Below, piece after piece: positions 1 to 9,801 of a stretch of DNA of 64,000 nucleotides. The DNA is from a bacterium. GTDB lineage: Bacteria; Patescibacteriota; Minisyncoccia; Phycocordibacterales; CALRBL01. Under the pieces are notes generated by a model. That model saw only the letters and a list, made by a program, of their open reading frames with translations. It was not told where the DNA came from and did not search any database. Every line of letters starts with the position of its first letter. Position 1 is the first letter of the stretch. The position numbers and the translations under genes are program-made. The stretch covers positions 111,270 to 175,269 of the forward strand of contig JAIYEG010000010.1 of assembly GCA_027487075.1 (NCBI GenBank). Direction: 5' to 3'.

Positions 1-156
1 ACTTAAAAACATATGATCTCCCTTTTGAATCGTCGGGTTCATGGAATCACTCACCACGATGTACCAAGGAAAAAACATGACAGAGAAAATTCTCAATACA
101 AAAAGAATAAGAACAATAGTGGGTATAGTGTGAAATATTGATTTTAAAATTTTCAT
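1..156 (-). CDS. Signal peptidase I (S26 family), N-terminal part; runs off the window edge
   Basis: Read by hand, not in ORF track: MKILKSIFHTIPTIVLILFVLRIFSVMFFPWYIVVSDSMNPTIQKGDHMFLS. N-terminal TM segment followed by the S26 catalytic-Ser motif SxSMxPT..GD. Confidence 0.8.
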   Translation of the reverse strand, partial: MKILKSIFHTIPTIVLILFVLRIFSVMFFPWYIVVSDSMNPTIQKGDHMFLS

Positions 157-160
157 GTAG

Positions 161-318
161 TGCGGAAGATGAGGGATTCGAATCTTACAGATTCGGTACA
201 GGCTTCGTATCGTGCTCGCTGCGCTCCGCGCGATATACTCAGCCTTTTCGAATCCCCACGAAGCTTCGCTTCTTCTCATTATATGCAAACTTCGTTTGCG
301 GAAGATGAGGGATTCGAA
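161..318. repeat. 22-bp direct repeat of the tRNA-Ser 3' end (161-182 and 297-318) enclosing a 114-bp structured insert
   Basis: TGCGGAAGATGAGGGATTCGAA occurs identically twice. The insert contains an inverted copy of the T-arm (TTCGAATCCC, 247-256). Confidence 0.9.
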
Positions 319-385
319 CCCTCGAAGAGATTGCTCCCTTGCCACCTTTCCAAGGTGGTGCACTCGACCACTATGCGAATCTTCC
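299..385 (-). tRNA. tRNA-Ser(GGA)
   Basis: Acceptor stem GGAAGAT/ATCTTCC, anticodon arm CCACC-TTGGAAA-GGTGG, long variable arm, GGTTCGAATCC T-arm, discriminator G. Confidence 0.95.
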
Positions 386-399
386 GTATCTACCCCTCT

Positions 400-1293
400 T
401 CACTTACCTTCACCACGAAGTGCTTTAATGCGAAGTTCAATTGGAGGGTGAGTCATAAACAATCCCGACAACCCCTTCACCGCTTTTGCACCAAAGGGAT
501 TAGAGATGTAAAGATGTGCCATAGCATTTGAAGCATGACTCAGAGGACGATTGTATCCACCTATTTTTTCGAGCGCGGAGGCAAGACCTTCAGGATAGCG
601 CGTCATGAGGGCTCCGGTTGCATCGGCAAGATATTCGCGACGGCGTGAGATGGCAAGTTGAATGATCGTGGCAATAAAAGGTGAAAGCACAATAAATACA
701 ATACCTAGTATCATTAATGGATTACTTCCTCCCCGATTATCATCCTGACCACCTCCCCCAAACCACATAGAGCGGAGAAAGAAATCCGAAATAATTGAAA
801 TAAAACCAACAAGCACGACAATCACCGAAGAAAGTAAAATATCTTTATTGCCAATATGCGCGAGCTCGTGCGCAATGACCCCTTCAAGCTCACTGCGATT
901 AAGAATCGTGAGAAGTCCCGTCGTCACAGCTACTGCTGCATGATGTTTGTTACGACCTGTAGCAAATGCATTCGGAGCAGGATCACTAATAACATACACA
1001 CGAGGTGTAGGAAGTCCTGCGGTGATAGCGAGATTCTCTACAATGCGCTTGAGTTCTTGATGTTCGACGCCTATTTCTTTTGCACCCGCGAGAGTAAGTG
1101 CGATCTTGTCTGAAAACCAATAACTAGCAATATTCATCACCAAACTAAAAATGATGGCAATATAGAGAAGTGAAGGGTTGTTATACACCACGCTCACTGA
1201 AAATCCTATCGCAATGACCACCGCCACAAACGTGGCCATAAGTAGCCATGTTTTAAGACTATTTGATGTCTGCTGAGTATAAAGCGTTGCCAT
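400..1293 (-). CDS. htpX: Zinc metalloprotease HtpX (M48)
   Basis: PNAFATG, HELAH zinc motif, SRRREYLAD, THPP; downstream of lemA. Confidence 0.95.
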   Translation of the reverse strand: MATLYTQQTSNSLKTWLLMATFVAVVIAIGFSVSVVYNNPSLLYIAIIFSLVMNIASYWFSDKIALTLAGAKEIGVEHQELKRIVENLAITAGLPTPRVYVISDPAPNAFATGRNKHHAAVAVTTGLLTILNRSELEGVIAHELAHIGNKDILLSSVIVVLVGFISIISDFFLRSMWFGGGGQDDNRGGSNPLMILGIVFIVLSPFIATIIQLAISRRREYLADATGALMTRYPEGLASALEKIGGYNRPLSHASNAMAHLYISNPFGAKAVKGLSGLFMTHPPIELRIKALRGEGK

Positions 1294-1311
1294 AGGCAGA
1301 CTATACGGGAA

Positions 1312-1872
1312 TTAGAATTTTACTTCAACTGGCTTTTTTGCTGCTTGTTCTTCATCTCCAAGCTGGAAGAATTCGAGCTGCTCAAAATGAAAAACGTTCG
1401 CGATGATATTTGAGGGGAAGGACTGAATTGAAGTGTTGAGATCTCGGACATTACCGTTGTAGAAACGTCGTGCGGATTGAATTTTATTTTCGGTATCAGA
1501 AAGTTCTCGCTGAAGCTCAAGAAAATTAGTATTTGCTTTGAGATCAGGATATGCCTCAGCAATAGCGAAGAGCGACTTAAGCGTTCCTGCGAGCTGATTT
1601 TCGGCGAGCGCTTTGTCTTCAAGACTTCCTGCCTGCATCGCTTTGCTACGGGCCTCAGTCACCTTTTCAAAGGCTGTGGACTCGTGGGTCGCATACCCTT
1701 TGACCGTATTAACGAGGTTAGGGATAAGGTCATACCGACGCTTGAGCTGAATATCAATGTCTGACCATGCTTCTTTTGCACGGTTGATGAGAGTAATAAA
1801 ACCGTTATAGCTTGCGATCCCCCAAATCAATACTAGACCAACGATTCCAAGAGCGATGTATATGATAAGCAT
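1312..1872 (-). CDS. lemA: LemA family protein
   Basis: N-terminal TM, QLKRRYDLIPNLV, AEAYPDLKAN, ARRFYN. Confidence 0.95.
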   Translation of the reverse strand: MLIIYIALGIVGLVLIWGIASYNGFITLINRAKEAWSDIDIQLKRRYDLIPNLVNTVKGYATHESTAFEKVTEARSKAMQAGSLEDKALAENQLAGTLKSLFAIAEAYPDLKANTNFLELQRELSDTENKIQSARRFYNGNVRDLNTSIQSFPSNIIANVFHFEQLEFFQLGDEEQAAKKPVEVKF

Positions 1873-1887
1873 AGTCGCATCATACCA

Positions 1888-4800
1888 CTACAACGCAGGA
1901 GCTTCAACAGGAGCTGATTCTTCTACGGGAGGAGTCACCGTTTCTTCTTCAGTTACGTGAGTATCTACGGTAGTCTCAGTTGTCGTTGAAGTTGTCGTAG
2001 ATTCTTCGGTTGTCGGATCAGTATGTGTGGAATCGGTATAACTTACAGAAACGGGACGACTTGAATTCTCAAGCAATTGATCAACCTGATCTCGAGAAAG
2101 ACAGGTCTCACCACTTGCATCGCTAATACAAAGCTTATCGGTCTTCACTTCTTTTGTCTCAAAGAACGTAGCCATACTTTCGATCTTCTTCCACATTTCC
2201 TGCATACCAGCAATAATAAGCGCTGGGAGACGTGAGTAGTTGATTCCCATGAATCCATCGGTTTTATTCACAAACGTAATTTCTGGGAAAATCTTTTCCA
2301 TATCCTGCGCAATGAAGCCGAAATCCATCTTACCCTCTGTATCACCTTTCCATGTATATGACACGGGATTAAGCACAAGAAGTTTCTGAAGAGTCGTTGA
2401 AGCCTGTTCAGTAGTAGATGCAAGCGACACAACATTATCTTTCAAGCGTTCATCAGAAGTATTGGTGGTAAGTACACCATCTGCTGTGATACGAATATCA
2501 TTTGCAGCTGCTGCGCTCCCTACCGCCGTGAATTGTGCATTGCCTGTTACGACGAGTCTTTGCAACGGAGTCGTAGTGCCTATCCCCACGTTTCCAGAGC
2601 TAAGAATTGACAACTTTTCCTGATCAGACGCAATACCTGGAGTGACGAATGCAAACCTACCATTTCCTAGGCTGTCAGCAGCAATGAACGTAAATACTCC
2701 AAAGTCTCTATCACCCGAACTATCAAACCCACGGAATTGAATTTTCCCAAGCCAATCCCCTGGCGATATAACCACTGGCAAAGCCGCAGTTCCACGAGAT
2801 CGTGTAATAAGAATACCTCCAGCTCCTGCCGCTGCGTCGTTTGTGCTATATCTCTTAAACTGACCAAGTCCTACAGTTCCCTCAACTGCGAGAGGAAAAC
2901 CTGGAGTTGCTATACCAATACCAAGACGTGAATTAGTATTATCCCAGAACAAGTTTGCATTACTCTGGTTTAATGAACCTCCCGTTGCAAAGAATGGAAT
3001 CGAACCAGCGGTAAAATTAGTAAAGGTTGATGAAGCAACACTCAACGTTCCCGTACCAAGAATATTTCCCGCAACGGAGAGTCTTGTACTTGGAGAACTT
3101 GTACCAATACCCACGTTACCAAAGACGTCAACTTTCAAATGCGGTGTCCATGTTGTGCCGTTATGACCCATCACTGAGAAACCGCCTGTGCCGCTGTTTC
3201 GTGTATCAAAGACAATCTCAGCACCTCCGCGTTGTGCACTATTTGTATAGTTATTTCCAAACATCTGAATATATCCACCCTTAGGAGTTCCTGACCCATC
3301 AAGAATTCCCATATTCAATAGATCTGTTGCATCATCTTTGAACACACGCGATGAAGCTCCTGTAAGTGCGATATTACCATTGACATCAAGTCGAGCTGAA
3401 GGAGTGCTGGTACCGATACCCACATTTCCTGATTGAAGCACCGTAAAGAATGTTGAACCACTTGATGATGCAACCGTGAATGGATTATATCCTGCGTTAC
3501 CCCTCACGAAGAATGAAGTAAGCGTAGAGGTACCATTAACTCCAGCGAGTAATCCTGTATCAAACAAGCTACCAGATGTAAGCGTATTATCTGATCCCCA
3601 TGTCACCAAGCGATTCACGATGCCGTAGCCACCAAGTGCATTTTGTTTTGTTGACGGACGTAAGGTTGCATTGATTTCATTAAGAAATGCATCTGCAATA
3701 TGGAGCATACCACTATCGTTCGGATGAATTCCGTCGTTTATATAATCTTGCGTTAGAACCATGTACGACGCTGTATCAACATAAGCGATATTCAACCCAT
3801 CAGCAGCAAGAAGTCGTACATTTTCTTTTGTTCGCTCATTGTATGCATAAATGGTAGCTGCGGACGGAGATCCTGAAGAAGCAAGTATAGTACCACCCAC
3901 AAATACTGCAGGACCTTTATTGAGACTAAAACCCTTATTACCTGCCGCCCAATCAAAGTACACTTTATTTGATGCACTCGTTGGTGAAGTTACGGTCAAT
4001 ACCACAGTATGAGTCCCTTCAGAAAGATTAGGAATTCTCAAAAGCGCTGAGCCGAAATTGCGATTACGTTGAGGTGTCAAAATTTGCCCACCCGATGTTC
4101 CTGTATTTGAATATGTTCCATAATTAACCCCGTCGATGGTAACCGAGAATTGCCCTCCATTTCCGTCTTCCATCGTGTATGCAATATAAGCAGTAGTACC
4201 CTTGATCGTGAACGTTGCGGTAGCACCGTTTGTAGTCGAGTACCTACCTATATTGCCTCCATAATAAGAGCTATCAAGCCATGTTCCTGCGTACACAGGA
4301 CTCGATGATCCTGTAGACTGTCCTATTACTTTATTTTCATGTGGAATTGCTAACCATGCATTCGCAGCTCTTTGGAATAATTGTGAGTTGGTGAGTTGTC
4401 CTGTTGAGAAATATGCTGAGAGGTCGTTCGTTCCTATCATATAGGTAAAGAGCTCTGAGGAAGTTCCGCTCACAATCTTCTGATATACAAATTCCTGAGA
4501 ATCTGCTGCAGCATCTCCACTTCGAGCTCTCTTTGTAATAGGGATACCAAGAGTATTAGCAATGGCATTAAAATACTGATTTGCTGCGCTGATAGACGTA
4601 CAACATCCTTCAGTTATAGAATCACCAAACGCAGTGTAGCTACTATAGGTGTGAATGATTGGTGCTTTAACAATATTTGAAGCGTATAGAGATTCAACAG
4701 TTGTAGTGCCGTTTACAGCAAGCTTAACTCCGGGAGTTGTGGTTCCAATACCCACATTTCCATTGCTAAGGATAGTGAATTTCTCTTGATCTTCAGCGAT

Positions 4801-7257
4801 ACCTGGTGCCATAAATGCAAACCTTCCATTACCGACTGTGTCAGAAGCAATAAATGCAAATGCGCCATAGTCAATATCAGCTGAACCATCAAAGCCACGG
4901 AACTGCACCTTACCAAGCCAATCTCCCGCATTCACTGGTAAAGGACTCGCCTGACTACCTTGTGCTCGGGTAAGCAAGAAACCTCCCGAACTTGCGGCGT
5001 TTGAACTCACTCCGTTTGCTGCATAGCGCTTCAATGAGGCAAGTGCACTTGCCCCTTCAATTTGAAGCATGAACGCTGGGTTTGCAGTTCCAATACCCAC
5101 ATTTCCTGATCCAGCATTGACAAAGAGTGATGGATTACTACTTGTTCCTACCCGCAAACTTCCCCACACATCGAGTCTCTGTGAAGGAGTGGTTGTTCCA
5201 ATACCAACATTTCCCGATGAATCAACGACCAATCGAGAGGCATTTGCCATATCATCAAAAATAGCAAACTTTCCACCACCAAGACCCGAAGTGTTGTTGG
5301 TGCTTACAAAAGAGTATGATCGTCCACCTGTTGCAGGATCCTGAAGTTGAACACCTGTCGAAGTGGTGAGACCTGTTCCTACAATATGCAGTGCGCGGTT
5401 TGGTGTGCTTGTACCGATCCCCACGCTTCCACCAAATGAGGCGAATGTGGCTCCCTGGCTTGTTACCCTACCAGTACCAGTATTATTTACCAGATTTGTA
5501 ATGCCGGTGCGTTGCATTGTTCCCGATTCAAACAATTCAGCAGTACCCGACAGTGACACGAGATAAGGAAGCGGCGTTACGTTATTAACAATAATAGTTG
5601 CACCGCTCATTTTTATTTTTCCAGAACTTGCACTCACCATACTGTCTACTCCTACGTCATAGGTTTCGAGATAAAAATTAGGATTGACGAGTGAGACGTT
5701 TGCGCCCGTCGAAACGATGTATGGTCCTGAAAGTGAACCCCCAGGATTTTCAAAGTGATTGTTGCTCAATACGATTGAAAAAGCGCTGGCACCGATATTT
5801 ACACGACATGAATCAAATGATCCTCCATCAAAAATTCCTGATGCAAGTCCTCCTTGCAAATCTACACAAGTAGCAGATGATGTGCCATTGGTATTTGCAA
5901 AGGTTGTATCTCTAAACATCAGATTTTCTCCACTATTAAAGAGGCCATTAGGGTAAAAGAGGTTCTTACCGTTATTAACAATAATAGAGTGATCAAACTT
6001 TGTGAGCCATGTCTGATCTCCGTATTGAATTCCGATACCGAAACCTTGAATTTTTATACTATCTCCCAAGAACCCCGTTGCTCCATTGTTTCCTCCGAGC
6101 ATAATACCGATAGTTGGATTGCTGCGATTGGTACCTGACAACACAAGATCACGCAGACCAGAGCCAAACGTTAACGTACCAGGGAAATTAAACGTAAATG
6201 CCGTACCCGTACTTGGGGTATACAGCAATCGAGTACACTCTCCCGCACCCTGCAAAACAACTCGTTTATTAATAAGAATTGAAGTGATGTGATATACACC
6301 ACAAGGGAAATACACAACTCCTGCAGAATCAGAAGCTGCAGCAGATATAGCAGCAAGCACTGCAGTCGTATCATCAGCTGATCCATCACCTACGGCCCCA
6401 TACGCTTTTACGTTTGCCACTTGTCCATTCTTATCAAAAATTGAAGCTTTGAGTGATCCCCCCACTTCTACTTGTCCTCCACCTCTATTCAAAATAAGCG
6501 GGTTGGTGCCATTTGCTCCCGAATCAATAACAGCAGAACTACTAGCATTCACCCACAAACGAAGTGATCCATTTACTCCGCTATTTACCAAAGCAATTCC
6601 TCCAGCACTTGAATCAATACCTTGGAAAATCTCAAGGCGTCCTCGAGAAACGTTTGACGTCCCTATTCCCACATTTCCATTTAAATAGTACGCGGTAGTT
6701 CCCGTTGCAGCCCACGGACTGACAAGACCATTATCAAGAATATCGGCAATCTGATCGGTAAGTGTGTCCACATCGGTTTGTACACCATCAATTCTTTCTT
6801 CAAGACTTCTTACACGACGTGCGAGTCCGGATGTGTTTCCTCCTCCACCCGTAGTACGCACCTGAGTTATAATTGTTGTCGTTGCCGGAACATAACTCTC
6901 ATAATAATTAATTGTTGTATTGTTGGTGGTAACGATAACAGGATACAACGTTGCACCAAGTGACTGATTGAGTGTTGCTTTTGCTTCTTTAATTTCTTCG
7001 GGAGCATACGTAAACACGGTTGGAACAACTGAACCATCGTTAGATGAAATAGTGGCTGGTTGAGGAACAACATACGAAAGCACGGAATCAACAGCTGATG
7101 CGAACGTACGATAAAACTTATCATACAGAGAAAAGACTGACGAAGAAAATCCGGCTGCCGCAGAAACCTGAGGCAACGCACATGAAAAAACAAGCATTGC
7201 AATGAGAATGTAGTGTCGTGGTGTACTGAAGTTTTTCATTTGCAATATATAAATCAC
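1888..7257 (-). CDS. Large secreted tailspike/adhesin-like protein: pectate-lyase-3-like beta-helix, GNVGIGT repeats, SGNH hydrolase, C-terminal peptidase S74 chaperone domain
   Basis: Signal-like N-terminus; NVKAYGAVGDGSADDT...VYFPCGVY; multiple GNVGIGTxxP; FGDSIT...GTND...DGIHPN; SDERLK...GFIAQD...INYS. Start may be a few codons downstream (MKNF). Confidence 0.8.
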   Translation of the reverse strand: MIYILQMKNFSTPRHYILIAMLVFSCALPQVSAAAGFSSSVFSLYDKFYRTFASAVDSVLSYVVPQPATISSNDGSVVPTVFTYAPEEIKEAKATLNQSLGATLYPVIVTTNNTTINYYESYVPATTTIITQVRTTGGGGNTSGLARRVRSLEERIDGVQTDVDTLTDQIADILDNGLVSPWAATGTTAYYLNGNVGIGTSNVSRGRLEIFQGIDSSAGGIALVNSGVNGSLRLWVNASSSAVIDSGANGTNPLILNRGGGQVEVGGSLKASIFDKNGQVANVKAYGAVGDGSADDTTAVLAAISAAASDSAGVVYFPCGVYHITSILINKRVVLQGAGECTRLLYTPSTGTAFTFNFPGTLTFGSGLRDLVLSGTNRSNPTIGIMLGGNNGATGFLGDSIKIQGFGIGIQYGDQTWLTKFDHSIIVNNGKNLFYPNGLFNSGENLMFRDTTFANTNGTSSATCVDLQGGLASGIFDGGSFDSCRVNIGASAFSIVLSNNHFENPGGSLSGPYIVSTGANVSLVNPNFYLETYDVGVDSMVSASSGKIKMSGATIIVNNVTPLPYLVSLSGTAELFESGTMQRTGITNLVNNTGTGRVTSQGATFASFGGSVGIGTSTPNRALHIVGTGLTTSTGVQLQDPATGGRSYSFVSTNNTSGLGGGKFAIFDDMANASRLVVDSSGNVGIGTTTPSQRLDVWGSLRVGTSSNPSLFVNAGSGNVGIGTANPAFMLQIEGASALASLKRYAANGVSSNAASSGGFLLTRAQGSQASPLPVNAGDWLGKVQFRGFDGSADIDYGAFAFIASDTVGNGRFAFMAPGIAEDQEKFTILSNGNVGIGTTTPGVKLAVNGTTTVESLYASNIVKAPIIHTYSSYTAFGDSITEGCCTSISAANQYFNAIANTLGIPITKRARSGDAAADSQEFVYQKIVSGTSSELFTYMIGTNDLSAYFSTGQLTNSQLFQRAANAWLAIPHENKVIGQSTGSSSPVYAGTWLDSSYYGGNIGRYSTTNGATATFTIKGTTAYIAYTMEDGNGGQFSVTIDGVNYGTYSNTGTSGGQILTPQRNRNFGSALLRIPNLSEGTHTVVLTVTSPTSASNKVYFDWAAGNKGFSLNKGPAVFVGGTILASSGSPSAATIYAYNERTKENVRLLAADGLNIAYVDTASYMVLTQDYINDGIHPNDSGMLHIADAFLNEINATLRPSTKQNALGGYGIVNRLVTWGSDNTLTSGSLFDTGLLAGVNGTSTLTSFFVRGNAGYNPFTVASSSGSTFFTVLQSGNVGIGTSTPSARLDVNGNIALTGASSRVFKDDATDLLNMGILDGSGTPKGGYIQMFGNNYTNSAQRGGAEIVFDTRNSGTGGFSVMGHNGTTWTPHLKVDVFGNVGIGTSSPSTRLSVAGNILGTGTLSVASSTFTNFTAGSIPFFATGGSLNQSNANLFWDNTNSRLGIGIATPGFPLAVEGTVGLGQFKRYSTNDAAAGAGGILITRSRGTAALPVVISPGDWLGKIQFRGFDSSGDRDFGVFTFIAADSLGNGRFAFVTPGIASDQEKLSILSSGNVGIGTTTPLQRLVVTGNAQFTAVGSAAAANDIRITADGVLTTNTSDERLKDNVVSLASTTEQASTTLQKLLVLNPVSYTWKGDTEGKMDFGFIAQDMEKIFPEITFVNKTDGFMGINYSRLPALIIAGMQEMWKKIESMATFFETKEVKTDKLCISDASGETCLSRDQVDQLLENSSRPVSVSYTDSTHTDPTTEESTTTSTTTETTVDTHVTEEETVTPPVEESAPVEAPAL

Positions 7258-7287
7258 CTGAATTATACATTACAAGGAAAGAAAATA

Positions 7288-8856
7288 CTACGTGTTTGAG
7301 ACCTGTTTCTGTGGATTCTCGTGCTTATTAAACTTAGGTGTCACCCAAAATCCCATATAGCGCCCGAGAAGAAGTCTCGTCTGCGCATCAAGACCTGGAA
7401 TGGCCCCAAAAATAATGATAGTGACCGGCACCAAGAGCCACTGGAAAAACATGAGGATGCGTGTTCGAGGCTTACCATCAGCACGAATAGCTGGAGGCAA
7501 GAAGCTTAAGAAGACAAACGCACTCACCACAAGTCCTAACATCGCAAGAATCATCAGATTTCTTGTGATAAACGGAAGATTGTATGAGAGCACGGTTGAA
7601 TTGAATACTTTTCCACCAATCGCAAGAGGTAACCATCCCAGAAGGAAAATAAAAATAGGATTTGTTGCAAGTGACCAATACCCCTCAAGTTGAATAAGAG
7701 TGGTCTTAATTTTTTTGCGGAGTGGAATTGCCTTATCTTTGATAAAACCAAAAAGAATGTACGGCACATTCTCTGCACCCCATGCCCAACGTCGCTGTTG
7801 TTTGTAAATATTTTTAAGAGTCTCAAAGAATGTCGGTGCAAGGTTTGCATCCATTGATACCGGATATGAGATAGATACCGTACGATAATTCCCTTCGTAC
7901 GCAAAGTATGCATTCCAGAAAATACGAGAATCCTCTGACACCATATTGCGCTGCCAATACCCAATCTCATACAGTGTTTTAAACGGTACACTGTGTGACG
8001 AGAAGGTGACGTTACGCTCTGGTCGCTCTTGTTGGGTCATCTGCCAAAAGGTTCCTGATCCAGCAACAACACGAGACAATGCAGGTGCATTCCAAATGTT
8101 GTTGTTATAAAACGGCACCGGCTGATATGAAGCATGATAAGGATCTTCTTCAGTAAGGAAATACCATGTCACACACTGGAAGTAGTGAGGATACACGACC
8201 GTATCAATATCAAACGCAGACACCATGACGTCTTCATAGGGAATACGCTCAACATCAAGCACTTCTACACGAGCTCGTTCGATTGCCCATGAAATATTAG
8301 CTCCCTTTCCTGCCATTTCACCGGGAAGCCCTTCGGGATGAATTGTCGTGATGAAGTGTCCAAACTTGTCCGCATACATTGACTTTATCAATGCTGCAAG
8401 GTGCTCAGCCGACTTCCCTCGTTTTCCCTCGGCCGCGAGAACAACAATAATTTTTTTATGATCTGTCTTCGTAGCAAGAAGTGACTTCACGCTATTTTCA
8501 ATGGTTTCCTGCCCCTCGCTATAGAACGGCAAAATCACCATATGATAGATATGGTCATGCTTTACCTCGCTTAACATCTTGTCCCAATCTGCATGCAAGT
8601 TGTGCGTGATTCTTCGCCAATTTCTGCTGAGATAAAATGAAAGATAGATGGTCTTCAAAAGCCAGTAGAGGTCGAAGATGATGATGAAAATTGCTGCAGC
8701 AACAGGAAAAAAGTACGAGAGCGCCACGGTACCAAAAAGAGAACCCCACGAAAGGATCCCTGGAACCATCTCAAGAAATCGATAGAGTATATAGTCTTTA
8801 CCAGTGAGTTCGGTTGCTCTACCAACGTGAAAGTAAGGAGAGTTCTTATATGACAT
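7288..8856 (-). CDS. Membrane glycosyltransferase family 2 (processive type)
   Basis: GKG, DID, ED and QQRRW motifs with N- and C-terminal TM helices. Start moved to ATG 8856 because the ORF-track start overlaps the tRNA. Confidence 0.85.
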   Translation of the reverse strand: MSYKNSPYFHVGRATELTGKDYILYRFLEMVPGILSWGSLFGTVALSYFFPVAAAIFIIIFDLYWLLKTIYLSFYLSRNWRRITHNLHADWDKMLSEVKHDHIYHMVILPFYSEGQETIENSVKSLLATKTDHKKIIVVLAAEGKRGKSAEHLAALIKSMYADKFGHFITTIHPEGLPGEMAGKGANISWAIERARVEVLDVERIPYEDVMVSAFDIDTVVYPHYFQCVTWYFLTEEDPYHASYQPVPFYNNNIWNAPALSRVVAGSGTFWQMTQQERPERNVTFSSHSVPFKTLYEIGYWQRNMVSEDSRIFWNAYFAYEGNYRTVSISYPVSMDANLAPTFFETLKNIYKQQRRWAWGAENVPYILFGFIKDKAIPLRKKIKTTLIQLEGYWSLATNPIFIFLLGWLPLAIGGKVFNSTVLSYNLPFITRNLMILAMLGLVVSAFVFLSFLPPAIRADGKPRTRILMFFQWLLVPVTIIIFGAIPGLDAQTRLLLGRYMGFWVTPKFNKHENPQKQVSNT

Positions 8857-8871
8857 ACATGTGATTGAGGG

Positions 8872-8944
8872 AGCCACCTCTCGGATTTGAACCGAGGACC
8901 TTCACTTTACAAAAGTGTTGCTCTACCAACTGAGCTAAGGTGGC
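8872..8944 (-). tRNA. tRNA-Thr(UGU)
   Basis: GCCACCT/AGGTGGC acceptor, AGCTCAGTTGGTAGAGC D-arm, loop TTTGTAA, GGTTCAAATCC. Confidence 0.93.
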
Positions 8945-9026
8945 GTAATACTATTCTTACCTTATTCTTTCCATTTTGACCATCTTGGTGTTCAGAGCTA
9001 CCAAGACAGCTAAGGTGGCATAATCT

Positions 9027-9326
9027 TTACCGATAATACCGCGGAAATTTTCTTCGTACAAAATCCATTGCTTTCGAAAACCTTTCTTCTACTTCCTCGA
9101 TAATAAGGTGGATAAGAAGATGGAAGGTTCTTCGATTGAAGTAGCGAAGAAACTTTCGTACTTCTGCAATCTTTCTTCGAAGCACGTGATCCACTTTTCG
9201 TGCTCTATGTGACACAAGACGGTGGAAGAAATGCTCATCATGTAGTGTAACATAAAGTACACGAGACAGGATCATGAGTACGATCACCACCGCTGACACG
9301 ACAAAAATGTAGAAGTATATTGGCAT
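9027..9326 (-). CDS. Hypothetical single-pass membrane protein
   Basis: N-terminal TM and basic tail; ATG overlaps tsf stop (TAATG). Confidence 0.65.
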   Translation of the reverse strand: MPIYFYIFVVSAVVIVLMILSRVLYVTLHDEHFFHRLVSHRARKVDHVLRRKIAEVRKFLRYFNRRTFHLLIHLIIEEVEERFSKAMDFVRRKFPRYYR

Positions 9327-9784
9327 TACATCGCAGAGAAGCGAGCAAATCTCGCAATCTCAACTTTTTCTCCGAACTTCTGGATTGCTCCAGTAATAAG
9401 TCCGCCGATGGTAACATCTGGATTTTTGATGAACGGCTGCGCGAGAAGCGCTTCACTGTTTCCTTCTTCTACGTCAGATGCTGCAATGTGCATCGCAATA
9501 TCTTTTGCAAGGTCAGTGAACTCCTTATTCTTTGACACGAAATCGGTTTCAGACATGAGAAGCACCATAGCACCAATTGATCCACTTGAGTGAACATATG
9601 AACCAATCGCCCCCGCCCCAAGAACACGATCACCCTTCTTTGCAGCAATATCGGCGCTCTTTGCTCGAAGAATGTCGAGAGCTTTTTCCATATCACCCCC
9701 TGCTTCTTCGAGCGCCTTGCTACACTGCATTATAGAGATACCGGTCTTGTCGCGGAGCTCTTTGATCTGGTCCATGCTTGCCAT
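9326..9784 (-). CDS. tsf: Elongation factor Ts (short form)
   Basis: IKELRDKTG..MQCSKAL, SETDFV motif; downstream of rpsB. Confidence 0.95.
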   Translation of the reverse strand: MASMDQIKELRDKTGISIMQCSKALEEAGGDMEKALDILRAKSADIAAKKGDRVLGAGAIGSYVHSSGSIGAMVLLMSETDFVSKNKEFTDLAKDIAMHIAASDVEEGNSEALLAQPFIKNPDVTIGGLITGAIQKFGEKVEIARFARFSAM

Positions 9785-9801
9785 ATATGTAACTTTAAAA
9801 A

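Noticed and set aside
160-531. ORF-track 123-aa and 79-aa plus-strand ORFs
   Set aside because: Antisense to tRNA-Ser, its repeat and the htpX end. The repeated MRDSN simply reflects the tRNA duplication.
1888-7257. Prophage, suggested by the tail-fibre/S74 domain
   Set aside because: No integrase, terminase, capsid or other phage genes nearby; the protein has a signal-like N-terminus and housekeeping neighbours.
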